Part shown: piece by piece, positions 40,516-48,525 of the stretch | Layout of the letters: every line of letters starts with the position of its first letter | Numbering within the stretch: the stretch's first letter is position 1 | Virus record (IMG/VR): IMGVR_UViG_3300000976_000003 | Location: 1 to 48,525 of that record | Strand: one strand, 5' to 3' | DNA from: a virus | DNA: 48,525 nucleotides | Notes under the pieces: generated by a model | What the model was told of the DNA's origin: nothing | The model's input: the letters and a program-made list of their open reading frames with translations, nothing else | Databases searched by the model: none | Made by a program: the position numbers and the translations under genes

Positions 40516-43197
40516 ATGAATATCGCAATCAATAAAGGTCAAGCCCTGCCCTTCTACACAAGTATTCAAGAACGATGCTCATGTGCTGATGGTATATTGG
40601 TTGCCACGGATTCGTTACCACCTTTTCAAATCTTAGGCGAGAGTGTCGGGGGTATTCAACTGGTTGACTGCAATGGAAATCAAACAAGTCTTAGTTCTAA
40701 TATAATTTCAGGATACATTGACGAAAATGGTGTAAATTTCGTTGAATACAACGGCTCTGCGGTTTCTTTGCCTGCTGGTTTGTATCATATATTCATTACT
40801 ATTGATGGCAACAGATATTGGTCTGATTGGATTCGCATCTGTGGGCCTACTGGTGGTTGTATTGAGGATAAAGCAATTGAATTAGAATGGTGGAATGATT
40901 GTCAAATCAAAGATGTAGCGTATTACCAAACTGGATTTAAGCAACGCTTGAAACTTGACGCCATATTTGATACTCCAATATCCTTGGAGACTGAAACACT
41001 TAAAGAAAACGGTTTTGGAAAACAAACGATAAAGTATAGACGAGTACAAGAAAGACACGTTTTTGAATTTTGCAATGTGACAGATGGGCAATTATTATCT
41101 TTTAATTTAATTCGTTCTCATTCAAATGTAATTATTCGATTTGACGGAATAGATTATGAAGTTGAGAATGTAAGTTTTGAATCAAGGTCAGACGGACATT
41201 GTAGCAACATTGGGCGGTTGAGTTTTGAGATTTGTTGTATACAGGTGACAGGTTGCTGTGATGACGTTGATGTGGATGATATTGACGACCCTTGTGGTGC
41301 AATTGCTTCGACAATTTCAGCACTGGGAGATACAGCGATTTGTAAGGATGATACACCTCCTCAGATATTGGTCAACGGAGGGACTGGTACAAATAGTACT
41401 TTTATTGTCGTTGATAGTAATGATGTGATAGTATTAATCACTTCTAGCAATCCTGTTGATTACAGCGATTTGCCTAGTGGTAATTATACAATATACCACG
41501 TTAATTATGACGGCACTACAACTGGGCTACAAGAAAACAATCCAATTGATTCACTTGGGGGTTGCTTTGCTTTGTCAAATGAGATAGACGTGTCAGTGGC
41601 AGAGGAATGTTGCGAAATAACTATAAATAACCCTGACCCTGTAGCCTGTACACTTGTTAATGTTACTTCTTCGGGTGTGGTCATGACCAGTCCTTCAGGA
41701 GGTACATTAAGTTACCATGCTAGTCAATCTGATGCAGACAACAATGTCAATCCTTTGACTGGAACAGCAATAACGGCAGTAGGCGTAACAAGTACTATCT
41801 ATGTTCGCTATGAATCCTTTAATTGTGTAGTATTTGGTGAAATACAAGTAACAATCGAAAATCCTCAGGCAGGTGATATTTTCACAGATTCAGATGTGCT
41901 TTTCTGTAATGATATTGGGGATATTGTCATAGAAGAAAATATACCTTGCAACGGCACAAATACAATCTATGTAGTGACTGACTTAAATGACACGCTACTG
42001 CACAACCAAACCAGTCCGAATATACCAAGTAGTGTTTTTGTGGGTTTTGGTGTTGGTGAATATTTGATATATCAAATTTGTTACGGTTCTGACCCGATTG
42101 TTATTGGGCAGGATATTAACAATACGACTGGGTGTCACGATATTAGTAATAGTATTGGAATTGAAGTGGAAGCATGTTTGTCGTGTAATGCTTCTACAGG
42201 CACACTCAATGTTGATGACGTTTGCGAGGGTGAATCAATACCTGCAAGTGTAACAGGGAATAATACTAGTCCATTATATTCACAAGTCATACTATTGGCA
42301 GACTCAGCAGGAACAATTATACAGTCTATAATTGGTAATTCTGGTTCTTTTACGCCAGTACCTATAGGTACGTATGAGGTAGCTGGCTATAATTACGAAA
42401 CTAATAATGGCTGTGGATTGCCTATAATTGGAATCCCTTTACAGTTTATAGATTGTGCATTTGGAGGGTGTGGGGATTTAATGTCAACAACTATAGAGGT
42501 TACTAATTGTTCACAATGTTCTAAATTCTTCTTTTGTGAAGCAAACGAATTCTGTATACCTAATAACTTTTTCTCAGGTACATTTCAGAGCATCACAACA
42601 ACAAACGGAGTGTTTAACTTTAATGTACAAATAGGGTCTCCAACATCAGGAGGAACATGGCAGGATATTATAACCGCTATAAACGCAAACACTAGCTTCA
42701 ATGCTTATTGTGACGCTAATGGAGATTTTATTGTCGACAGTTCAGTTGGGTCAGTGACTTCAATACAAATCCAAGCGGGCTTCATAAACCCAAACAATGT
42801 AGAGCTTTTGTTTTATCCCTGTAATTTCGGGCTTTCTTGTAGAGAGGTGTGTGAAGGAGTTAGTACATCATCGAATCCAACGATGTTTTTTGATACATCT
42901 GTTTTTTGTGATGATTCTTGGAATACAGGATTACCTGTGCCAAATGGCACCATAGATGAAATAAATGTTTTTGAAAGTGCAACGGGGTCAACGTTTAATG
43001 TATTACAAAATCCTCTTGTATTATTCAACGGAGGCAGTGTAATAAGTGCAATAACATTTAACACTACATCTTGTTTTCTCGGTTGTAATTCAAATAACTT
43101 TTTATCTTTCTCTCAGTACCCCTTAGGGTTTGCCCTACTTAATATAGTTTACACCATAGATGGTGTTCAGTATAAATCAGACTTTTGTGTTTGTTAA
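40516..43197 (+). CDS. Cys-rich fibre/adhesin-like protein (893 aa) with three roughly 100-aa internal repeats
   Basis: Repeated pattern C..D.....I...G..T...Y.VTD.ND........LP.G.Y.IY...Y......G.C...SN.I.V.V, seen three times between about 41287 and 42496. Confidence 0.55.
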   Translation: MNIAINKGQALPFYTSIQERCSCADGILVATDSLPPFQILGESVGGIQLVDCNGNQTSLSSNIISGYIDENGVNFVEYNGSAVSLPAGLYHIFITIDGNRYWSDWIRICGPTGGCIEDKAIELEWWNDCQIKDVAYYQTGFKQRLKLDAIFDTPISLETETLKENGFGKQTIKYRRVQERHVFEFCNVTDGQLLSFNLIRSHSNVIIRFDGIDYEVENVSFESRSDGHCSNIGRLSFEICCIQVTGCCDDVDVDDIDDPCGAIASTISALGDTAICKDDTPPQILVNGGTGTNSTFIVVDSNDVIVLITSSNPVDYSDLPSGNYTIYHVNYDGTTTGLQENNPIDSLGGCFALSNEIDVSVAEECCEITINNPDPVACTLVNVTSSGVVMTSPSGGTLSYHASQSDADNNVNPLTGTAITAVGVTSTIYVRYESFNCVVFGEIQVTIENPQAGDIFTDSDVLFCNDIGDIVIEENIPCNGTNTIYVVTDLNDTLLHNQTSPNIPSSVFVGFGVGEYLIYQICYGSDPIVIGQDINNTTGCHDISNSIGIEVEACLSCNASTGTLNVDDVCEGESIPASVTGNNTSPLYSQVILLADSAGTIIQSIIGNSGSFTPVPIGTYEVAGYNYETNNGCGLPIIGIPLQFIDCAFGGCGDLMSTTIEVTNCSQCSKFFFCEANEFCIPNNFFSGTFQSITTTNGVFNFNVQIGSPTSGGTWQDIITAINANTSFNAYCDANGDFIVDSSVGSVTSIQIQAGFINPNNVELLFYPCNFGLSCREVCEGVSTSSNPTMFFDTSVFCDDSWNTGLPVPNGTIDEINVFESATGSTFNVLQNPLVLFNGGSVISAITFNTTSCFLGCNSNNFLSFSQYPLGFALLNIVYTIDGVQYKSDFCVC

Positions 43198-43658
43198 TGC
43201 CAACATTCAACTCCATATCATCCTACATCGTCGAACTAAAACGACGAAAAGCATTATTGCAAGCCAATAGAAGAAAGGAGTGTGAAAAGATGATTCTGGA
43301 CGCTAAAGCATTAGTGCAGTTAAGGATACAAACAGCAGGTGAGGATGCAAATGGCAATCAGTTTGATGATTATAATCCTATTTATGGTCGTCGAAAAAGG
43401 ATAGATTTTCCTAAAAATAAGTTCTTTGATTTTACAAGGACTGGGGAAGCTTGGCGTAGTATGATACCTATAACGGTCGAAGAGACAGCGACGACGATAC
43501 AAATTGACTTATTGCCTCGTGACCAGAAAAACAGGGATAAACTAAACGGACAATTTAAGAAACGAGGGAATATATTATTATTGAGTGCAGAAGAAATTAG
43601 AATTTTACAAGAAGCAAATTTAGAACGAATATTAAAATATATGAACCCCAATGGCTAA
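43197..43658 (+). CDS. virion morphogenesis/head-tail module protein (153 aa)
   Basis: The start is a TAATG overlap. Only the position supports the call. Confidence 0.45.
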   Translation: MPTFNSISSYIVELKRRKALLQANRRKECEKMILDAKALVQLRIQTAGEDANGNQFDDYNPIYGRRKRIDFPKNKFFDFTRTGEAWRSMIPITVEETATTIQIDLLPRDQKNRDKLNGQFKKRGNILLLSAEEIRILQEANLERILKYMNPNG

Positions 43659-44031
43659 GAAATATAAAATTACAAAAGGAAAATTGAAACTAGACATTTT
43701 CCGTGCTGTGTTAGAAATAATTATTTGCAGTGATTTGGATTATGCTAATAATAAATTGAAGAGAGTCGATTGTGAAAAAGACTTTTTTAAAGGAACTGCG
43801 GGTTCTACTTTTGATTTTGACAATCAAGGATGGAGTTTGATTATGCTTAAGTCAAATGTAGGTATTAATGAAGTAACTCACGAAGCAAACCATTTTATTA
43901 ACTACTTGTTCTTAAAAATTGGATATAAACCAAAAACAAAGAACGATGAAATCCAAAGCTATTTACTCGGTTACGTATCGGAAAAAATAGAAAAAATACT
44001 CAATAAGCACAAAAAGAAAATTAATGCTTAA
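43651..44031 (+). CDS. head-tail module protein (126 aa)
   Basis: ORF whose 5' end overlaps the upstream gene. Confidence 0.45.
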   Translation: MAKKYKITKGKLKLDIFRAVLEIIICSDLDYANNKLKRVDCEKDFFKGTAGSTFDFDNQGWSLIMLKSNVGINEVTHEANHFINYLFLKIGYKPKTKNDEIQSYLLGYVSEKIEKILNKHKKKINA

Positions 44032-44668
44032 CCAAATAATCACTTCTATATCCCCTCTAATACAATCCCTACCATTCGTAGAACGGTACGGTGGATTAGT
44101 ACAAGTGATAGAGAAAAAACAACTTGTAAGCGAAGAATTGCAGATATACGAAACGATTAAGTTTCCCATCACCTGCAATGCGGATGCGACTTGCTTTCAT
44201 GCAAATATGTATGCTCCGATTGTTCCCAATTCGATGTACAAAAGTGTGTTTTACTTTGAGGAATTACAATCTATGCGATATACAGAAACAGAAGGCCCAA
44301 AAAATTCTGTTGTTTGCTATGAAGGTAAAATCAGGCTAGTTGGTTGGTTAAATCTCCAAAAACTAGGTATTGAAGGCTGTCAATATGCTTGTGATGCGTA
44401 TGCCTGCATCTTAGCAAAGCAATTTGGATTGATTGGAATGCATGATATGCCATTGCCTTACGAAAAGGCAAAATTCGCAATCGGATACCCGAATATCGTA
44501 CCGAAAACACCTGCGATATTCTCAAAATATAGTTACAACGATATTATTAAGTGTTTGATATATCCTTACGATTACTTTGCGCTTGACTTTCCCGTAAAGG
44601 TCAAAATTGCTGTGAATTGTATTGATTGTGTTGAGCCAAATGAACCAATAGAATGTTTAACAGTATGA
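44024..44668 (+). CDS. tail module protein (214 aa), possible tail tube by position
   Basis: It lies two genes upstream of the chaperone/tape-measure pair. Confidence 0.35.
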   Translation: MLNQIITSISPLIQSLPFVERYGGLVQVIEKKQLVSEELQIYETIKFPITCNADATCFHANMYAPIVPNSMYKSVFYFEELQSMRYTETEGPKNSVVCYEGKIRLVGWLNLQKLGIEGCQYACDAYACILAKQFGLIGMHDMPLPYEKAKFAIGYPNIVPKTPAIFSKYSYNDIIKCLIYPYDYFALDFPVKVKIAVNCIDCVEPNEPIECLTV

Positions 44669-45000
44669 CATTACCAATTATCATAGGTCTTTGGGGCTGG
44701 CTCTACTGCTCCAAGTTAACCGATTCAGAGCAAGTATTTTCTTTTATGCCTTCAGTAAGTAACTGGTTAGCATCATTGGGGAAAAGTACTTATACAGATT
44801 GGGAGAAAAATTATTTCCAAAACGCAATATGTAAGTGGGGTTATGGCTGTGGTGTTTGCCATGCTGGGATGGTAGCATTAATGGTATATCTAGTTAAAAA
44901 CTGGCAACAATATTCCTTTGAAAACCACTTCGTTTTCATCGTTATATCCTTATCGATGTCTTATTCACTTGAAATCATTCAAAACTACCTAGAACAATGA
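44653..45000 (+). CDS. hydrophobic small protein (115 aa)
   Basis: It contains several hydrophobic segments and has an ATGA overlap with the next gene. Confidence 0.4.
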   Translation: MFNSMTLPIIIGLWGWLYCSKLTDSEQVFSFMPSVSNWLASLGKSTYTDWEKNYFQNAICKWGYGCGVCHAGMVALMVYLVKNWQQYSFENHFVFIVISLSMSYSLEIIQNYLEQ

Positions 45001-45539
45001 CTAAAATTAAGAAACTACCTCGAAACGACCAGGGGCAAATACTTCGGGAGTTCAATGCCAACGGAAAAAAGTATACTATCCGTTCTTCAGAAGAAGGAAT
45101 CGGTATATATCGTTTTTCTGAACTCCAAAAGATGGGCCTTGTGATTGGTTATAATGCTACATTTCAGCAATTTGATGATAATTTATTAGCAATAGAAAAT
45201 CTACAATTGTCGGATGAACCAAGTGCATCCATAAAAAAGAAAACAATGCTACATACTCAGGCAATGCGAGAAGGTATTGTAAAAGTAGCTAAGACGAGGT
45301 ATCAGAAGGCGTTCTATATGTGTACGCTTTTTATTGTTAGGGAAGGGGAAGATGAAACGCAGTTTAACTCAGACGAAGCACAATCTAAAATTGATGATTG
45401 GAATACAGAAGGTTATGATGCTGGGGATTTTTTAGCACTTGCGCTGAATTCAATTCCAAATTTTTTGCACTCTTACAAGGAAGTGAATCAGCGCATTCTG
45501 GACATGAATCTGAACATGACAGCGATGCAGGTGTCGTAA
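44997..45539 (+). CDS. tail assembly chaperone (gpG-like)
   Basis: It lies immediately upstream of the tape measure and contains slippery heptamers that lead into an open -1 frame. Confidence 0.6.
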   Translation: MTKIKKLPRNDQGQILREFNANGKKYTIRSSEEGIGIYRFSELQKMGLVIGYNATFQQFDDNLLAIENLQLSDEPSASIKKKTMLHTQAMREGIVKVAKTRYQKAFYMCTLFIVREGEDETQFNSDEAQSKIDDWNTEGYDAGDFLALALNSIPNFLHSYKEVNQRILDMNLNMTAMQVS

Positions 45540-45724
45540 TACAAACAGAAAAAGAAATCGACGAAGGAATTAGACGAAGTATTCATTTTATCAAAGCTAT
45601 TTTGGGATATAGCTATGAAAGTATAATAAGTGTTAGCGTTGTTCGGTTTTTTGAATGGTTGGCAGATGCAAATGAGATTCAAAGGAAGCAAATTGAAGTA
45701 CAGAAAAAGATAAGTAATGGATGA
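45428..45724 (+). other. programmed -1 frameshift window producing a gpGT-like extended chaperone (product 44997..45724)
   Basis: T_TTT_TTA at 45428..45434 and T_TTT_TTG at 45461..45467 are both in the zero frame. The -1 frame is open from 45419 to TGA 45722..45724, which overlaps the tape-measure ATG. Confidence 0.55.
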
Positions 45725-48191
45725 TATTAAATTAAGTTTTGATTTTGATGATGGTAATTTGGTCGAAGGAATTGATAAAGGAACGAATAAACTAGGTGAA
45801 TTTGAAAAGAAACTAAAATCAATATCAAAGGATAGTGGTTTCGATGATATTAGGGATGATGTTCAGAAATTTGAAAAGGGGCTAGAATCAAGTACAAAAA
45901 AAGTAGTTACTGCTGAGAAGGAACATAAAAAACTTACTGATGAAACTAAAAAGTACTCTAAGTCCTTGAAAGATACCATCAAAGATCAAAAGGTTTTTGG
46001 CATTTCGGTTAACGATGTAACGGCAAAATACGGAGAGAAAAAGAAAGCACTATCATCAGTAGTTGGTTCTCTAAAAAGTGGAACAAATGCATTAAAATTA
46101 TTCCGTGTAGCATTGGCTGCTACTGGTATAGGTGTCATCGTTATTGCATTAGGGTCGTTAGTTGCATTATTGACGAAAACACAACAAGGATTAGATTTTG
46201 TTAGTCGAATTACTGCAGGTGCAAGTGCAGCATTTGATGTGTTGATTGATAGAGGTATAACAGCGGGTCAAGCCTTATTAGCTCTTTTTTCAGGAGATTT
46301 TGAGGGCGCAGCTAATCTGGCAAAGCAAGCTGTATCAGGTGTTCCTGATGAACTTATAAGGGAATCACAAGCTGCGTCAGAATTAGAACGTAGAACACAA
46401 TCTCTTAGAGATTCAAGACGTGAATTGAATGTTGAATATGCGAAAACTCAATCACAAATTGAAGATTTACGAAACTTGTCAAGAGATGAGACTAAATCAC
46501 TAGCAGAACGTGAAGCTGCCATAAAAAAAGCGGTACGATTAGAAACAGAATTAGAAACTAAGCGAGTTGCACAGGCTAAGGAAAAACTGGCAATTACGAA
46601 AGAGCAAAATGCACTTGGTACATCATTAGCTGACGACCTTGAAGCTGAGGCACAAGCAGAAATAGACCTTTTCAATATTCAAGCTGAAACTAGCCGAAAG
46701 CAACGAAGAGATTTACAACAAATACAAGCAATTAGGAAACAAGCTGCCGCAGAAGCCAAAGCACAACAAGAAGCGGAACAAGCGCGAATCAAAGCTGTCA
46801 ATGACGAACTAGAAAAACAAATCGAATTACTCCAAGGCAATGTCGCAAAAATTGAATTCGAAGGACTTAACGAATTTGAAAAATTAGCCAAAGAAAGGGA
46901 ACTCGCCATTGCAGAAGTAGAGAAACTTCGAAATACGATATTAGAAACTGCCGAAGCTTCAGGCAAACAAGTTGACATTACGGATGACATTCAAATCTTA
47001 TTTGAAGCAATTGAAAAGGAGTATAGAGACGGTTTTAATAAATTGTCTTCATTATCAGAATTGGAAAGTGTAAGTATTAACCCTATTGACTTTTCATCTT
47101 CTGAACAAGATGTAATTCTGCCACCAATCCCAGTACCCGTTTCGGCGGATATACAAATTGATGATACATTTATTGACAAATTACAACGTCTAAAAAACAA
47201 TGTAATTGAACAGCTTGGAATATCAGGAGAAGATTTAGCAGTTATCGAGGAAGGAATTAAAACAGTTTTTAATAAAATAACGGAAGGAATTTTATCAAAT
47301 ACTGACCAACAAATCACAGAACAAGACCAATTAATTGAATCACTCAATTCAAAAGTTGAAGCAACTGAAGATGCATTAAATCGAGAACTCGAATTGAAAA
47401 AGGCGGGATACGCCAACGATTTTGATTTACTCAAAAATCAATTATCAGAAGAACAAGCGGAAAGGGATGCCGCAACCAAGAAACGATTAGAACTTGAAAA
47501 AAAGGCAGCTAGACAGCGATTACAGATTGAAGCTATACAACAAGGTTCTGCATTAGTCGGATCAGTGGCAAATATACTATTGAGTTCTTCCAAATTTGGT
47601 TTAGCAGGTATCATAACGGCAGCAACTGGGATTGCCTCATTATTTGCTACCTTCCGAAAATTTAAAGCTTTGGCTCAATCACAGGCAACCATACCAACAT
47701 TGCGTAAAGGGTTAAATCCTTACCAGTCGAGGGGTAAAGGTTTAGTTATACAAGGCCCTACACATGAAAATGGTGGAGTACCACTTGTTCACGGAAACCG
47801 ATTGTATGAAGCCGAAGGTACTGAAATACTTGTCGGAACTGATGCTAGTCGGGAGCATCATAAATTTCTTGGTGATTTATCAGCAGGGAAATACAAGGGT
47901 GTGAACTTCGCAGAGTTGGCACGGCAGAGCCGAAATCGTTTGACTGGAACTGTTACTCAAATGGAATCCAATCAAGCTAAAATCATTGAAATTCGCAATA
48001 ATCGAGAAACACAAGCGATTATCAATGGTCAAAAACTGGCGGCGATGGAAGCAGCAAAATACATTGTTAATGGAAACCGTCAAAATTCCAACAAGAGACA
48101 AGATAAATATATCCTTCCAGATGGCTCTATCCTTATCGAGCGATATAACGAAAAAGGAGACCTTATCTATCAAGGTAAACTTGCTTCTTGA
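45717..48191 (+). CDS. tail tape measure protein
   Basis: 824 aa with hydrophobic segments (ALAATGIGVIVIALGSLVALL) and very long coiled coils. It is preceded by the frameshifted chaperone pair. Confidence 0.75.
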   Translation: MDDIKLSFDFDDGNLVEGIDKGTNKLGEFEKKLKSISKDSGFDDIRDDVQKFEKGLESSTKKVVTAEKEHKKLTDETKKYSKSLKDTIKDQKVFGISVNDVTAKYGEKKKALSSVVGSLKSGTNALKLFRVALAATGIGVIVIALGSLVALLTKTQQGLDFVSRITAGASAAFDVLIDRGITAGQALLALFSGDFEGAANLAKQAVSGVPDELIRESQAASELERRTQSLRDSRRELNVEYAKTQSQIEDLRNLSRDETKSLAEREAAIKKAVRLETELETKRVAQAKEKLAITKEQNALGTSLADDLEAEAQAEIDLFNIQAETSRKQRRDLQQIQAIRKQAAAEAKAQQEAEQARIKAVNDELEKQIELLQGNVAKIEFEGLNEFEKLAKERELAIAEVEKLRNTILETAEASGKQVDITDDIQILFEAIEKEYRDGFNKLSSLSELESVSINPIDFSSSEQDVILPPIPVPVSADIQIDDTFIDKLQRLKNNVIEQLGISGEDLAVIEEGIKTVFNKITEGILSNTDQQITEQDQLIESLNSKVEATEDALNRELELKKAGYANDFDLLKNQLSEEQAERDAATKKRLELEKKAARQRLQIEAIQQGSALVGSVANILLSSSKFGLAGIITAATGIASLFATFRKFKALAQSQATIPTLRKGLNPYQSRGKGLVIQGPTHENGGVPLVHGNRLYEAEGTEILVGTDASREHHKFLGDLSAGKYKGVNFAELARQSRNRLTGTVTQMESNQAKIIEIRNNRETQAIINGQKLAAMEAAKYIVNGNRQNSNKRQDKYILPDGSILIERYNEKGDLIYQGKLAS

Positions 48192-48272
48192 TATTTGTAA
48201 CATTTTGTTATAGTTTTTCTTGTAATATGATTTGATATTTGTGTCGAACAAGTTTTGATACAAATACCAATT

Positions 48273-48525
48273 ATGACAAAGGAAGAATATCTTGATAAAT
48301 TTAAATCTCAATTAAAAGCAGGTGGTGTGCTATTTAAGCACAAAACACGTAAGGACGCTCAAGGCGATTCTTTACATGCTGTATTTCCAAACTCAAAATT
48401 GGCTTTAGCTGCTGCTAAAGAAGGGGGGTATACAAAAACCTCTGTTGAGCCAACAGCTAAAAAACTTGAAGGCGTCAAAGCTGCCGCTGAAAAAGCTGCC
48501 GCTGAAAAAGCTGCCGCTGAAAAAG
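48273..48525 (+). CDS. N-terminal part of a small Ala/Lys-rich protein; continues at 2..100
   Basis: From ATG 48273 the ORF is still open at the window end and reads ...KLEGVKAAAEKAAAEKAAAEK. Confidence 0.6.
   Translation, partial: MTKEEYLDKFKSQLKAGGVLFKHKTRKDAQGDSLHAVFPNSKLALAAAKEGGYTKTSVEPTAKKLEGVKAAAEKAAAEKAAAEK
48480..48525 (+). repeat. 15-nt tandem repeat GCTGCCGCTGAAAAA x3, copy at window end
   Basis: Read directly. It overlaps nt 1..41 of the window. Confidence 0.9.

Noticed and set aside
46448-47434. Three minus-strand ORFs (75, 103 and 147 aa) inside the tape-measure gene
   Set aside because: They are S/A/C-rich antisense translations of K/E/A-rich coiled-coil coding sequence. They are fully nested in a well-supported gene and have no independent signals.

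Overview
The window appears to be one complete, circularly closed, AT-rich genome of a temperate tailed dsDNA phage. Its first 41 nt are identical to its last 41 nt, and one gene (48273..48525 plus 2..100) reads in frame across that junction. Several features suggest a Bacteroidota/Flavobacteriia-type host: four TATATTTG boxes matching the TAnnTTTG -7 element, an IntDOT-style integrase N-terminus, and Sec/lipoprotein-type N-termini. This host call is inference only. There are three transcription blocks. (1) A roughly 28 kb rightward late block runs from 32852 across the window junction to 12671. It encodes a Zn-finger endonuclease, terS, terL, portal, a MuF-like protein, Cys-rich fibre-like proteins, a tail chaperone with a -1 frameshift, the tape measure, further Cys-rich structural proteins, a run of proteins with signal-peptide-like N-termini, and a lysis cassette of holin-like protein, subtilisin-like protease and amidase. 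(2) A leftward block (12752..16718) holds a repressor-like gene, several micro-ORFs and an autonomous two-gene cassette. (3) A rightward early block (16745..32469) holds replication-organiser genes with iterons, two tRNAs, a GH73 muramidase, a C5 DNA methyltransferase, a VRR-NUC nuclease, a tyrosine integrase, and three single-gene cassettes bracketed by a repeated imperfect-palindrome element. The best candidates for something new are the Rex-like two-gene cassette at 12.7-14.4 kb, the palindrome-bracketed cassette array next to the integrase at 30.4-32.6 kb, and the membrane-anchored S8 protease inside the lysis cassette. Most product calls rest on motifs I can read directly or on gene position. 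No database search was possible.
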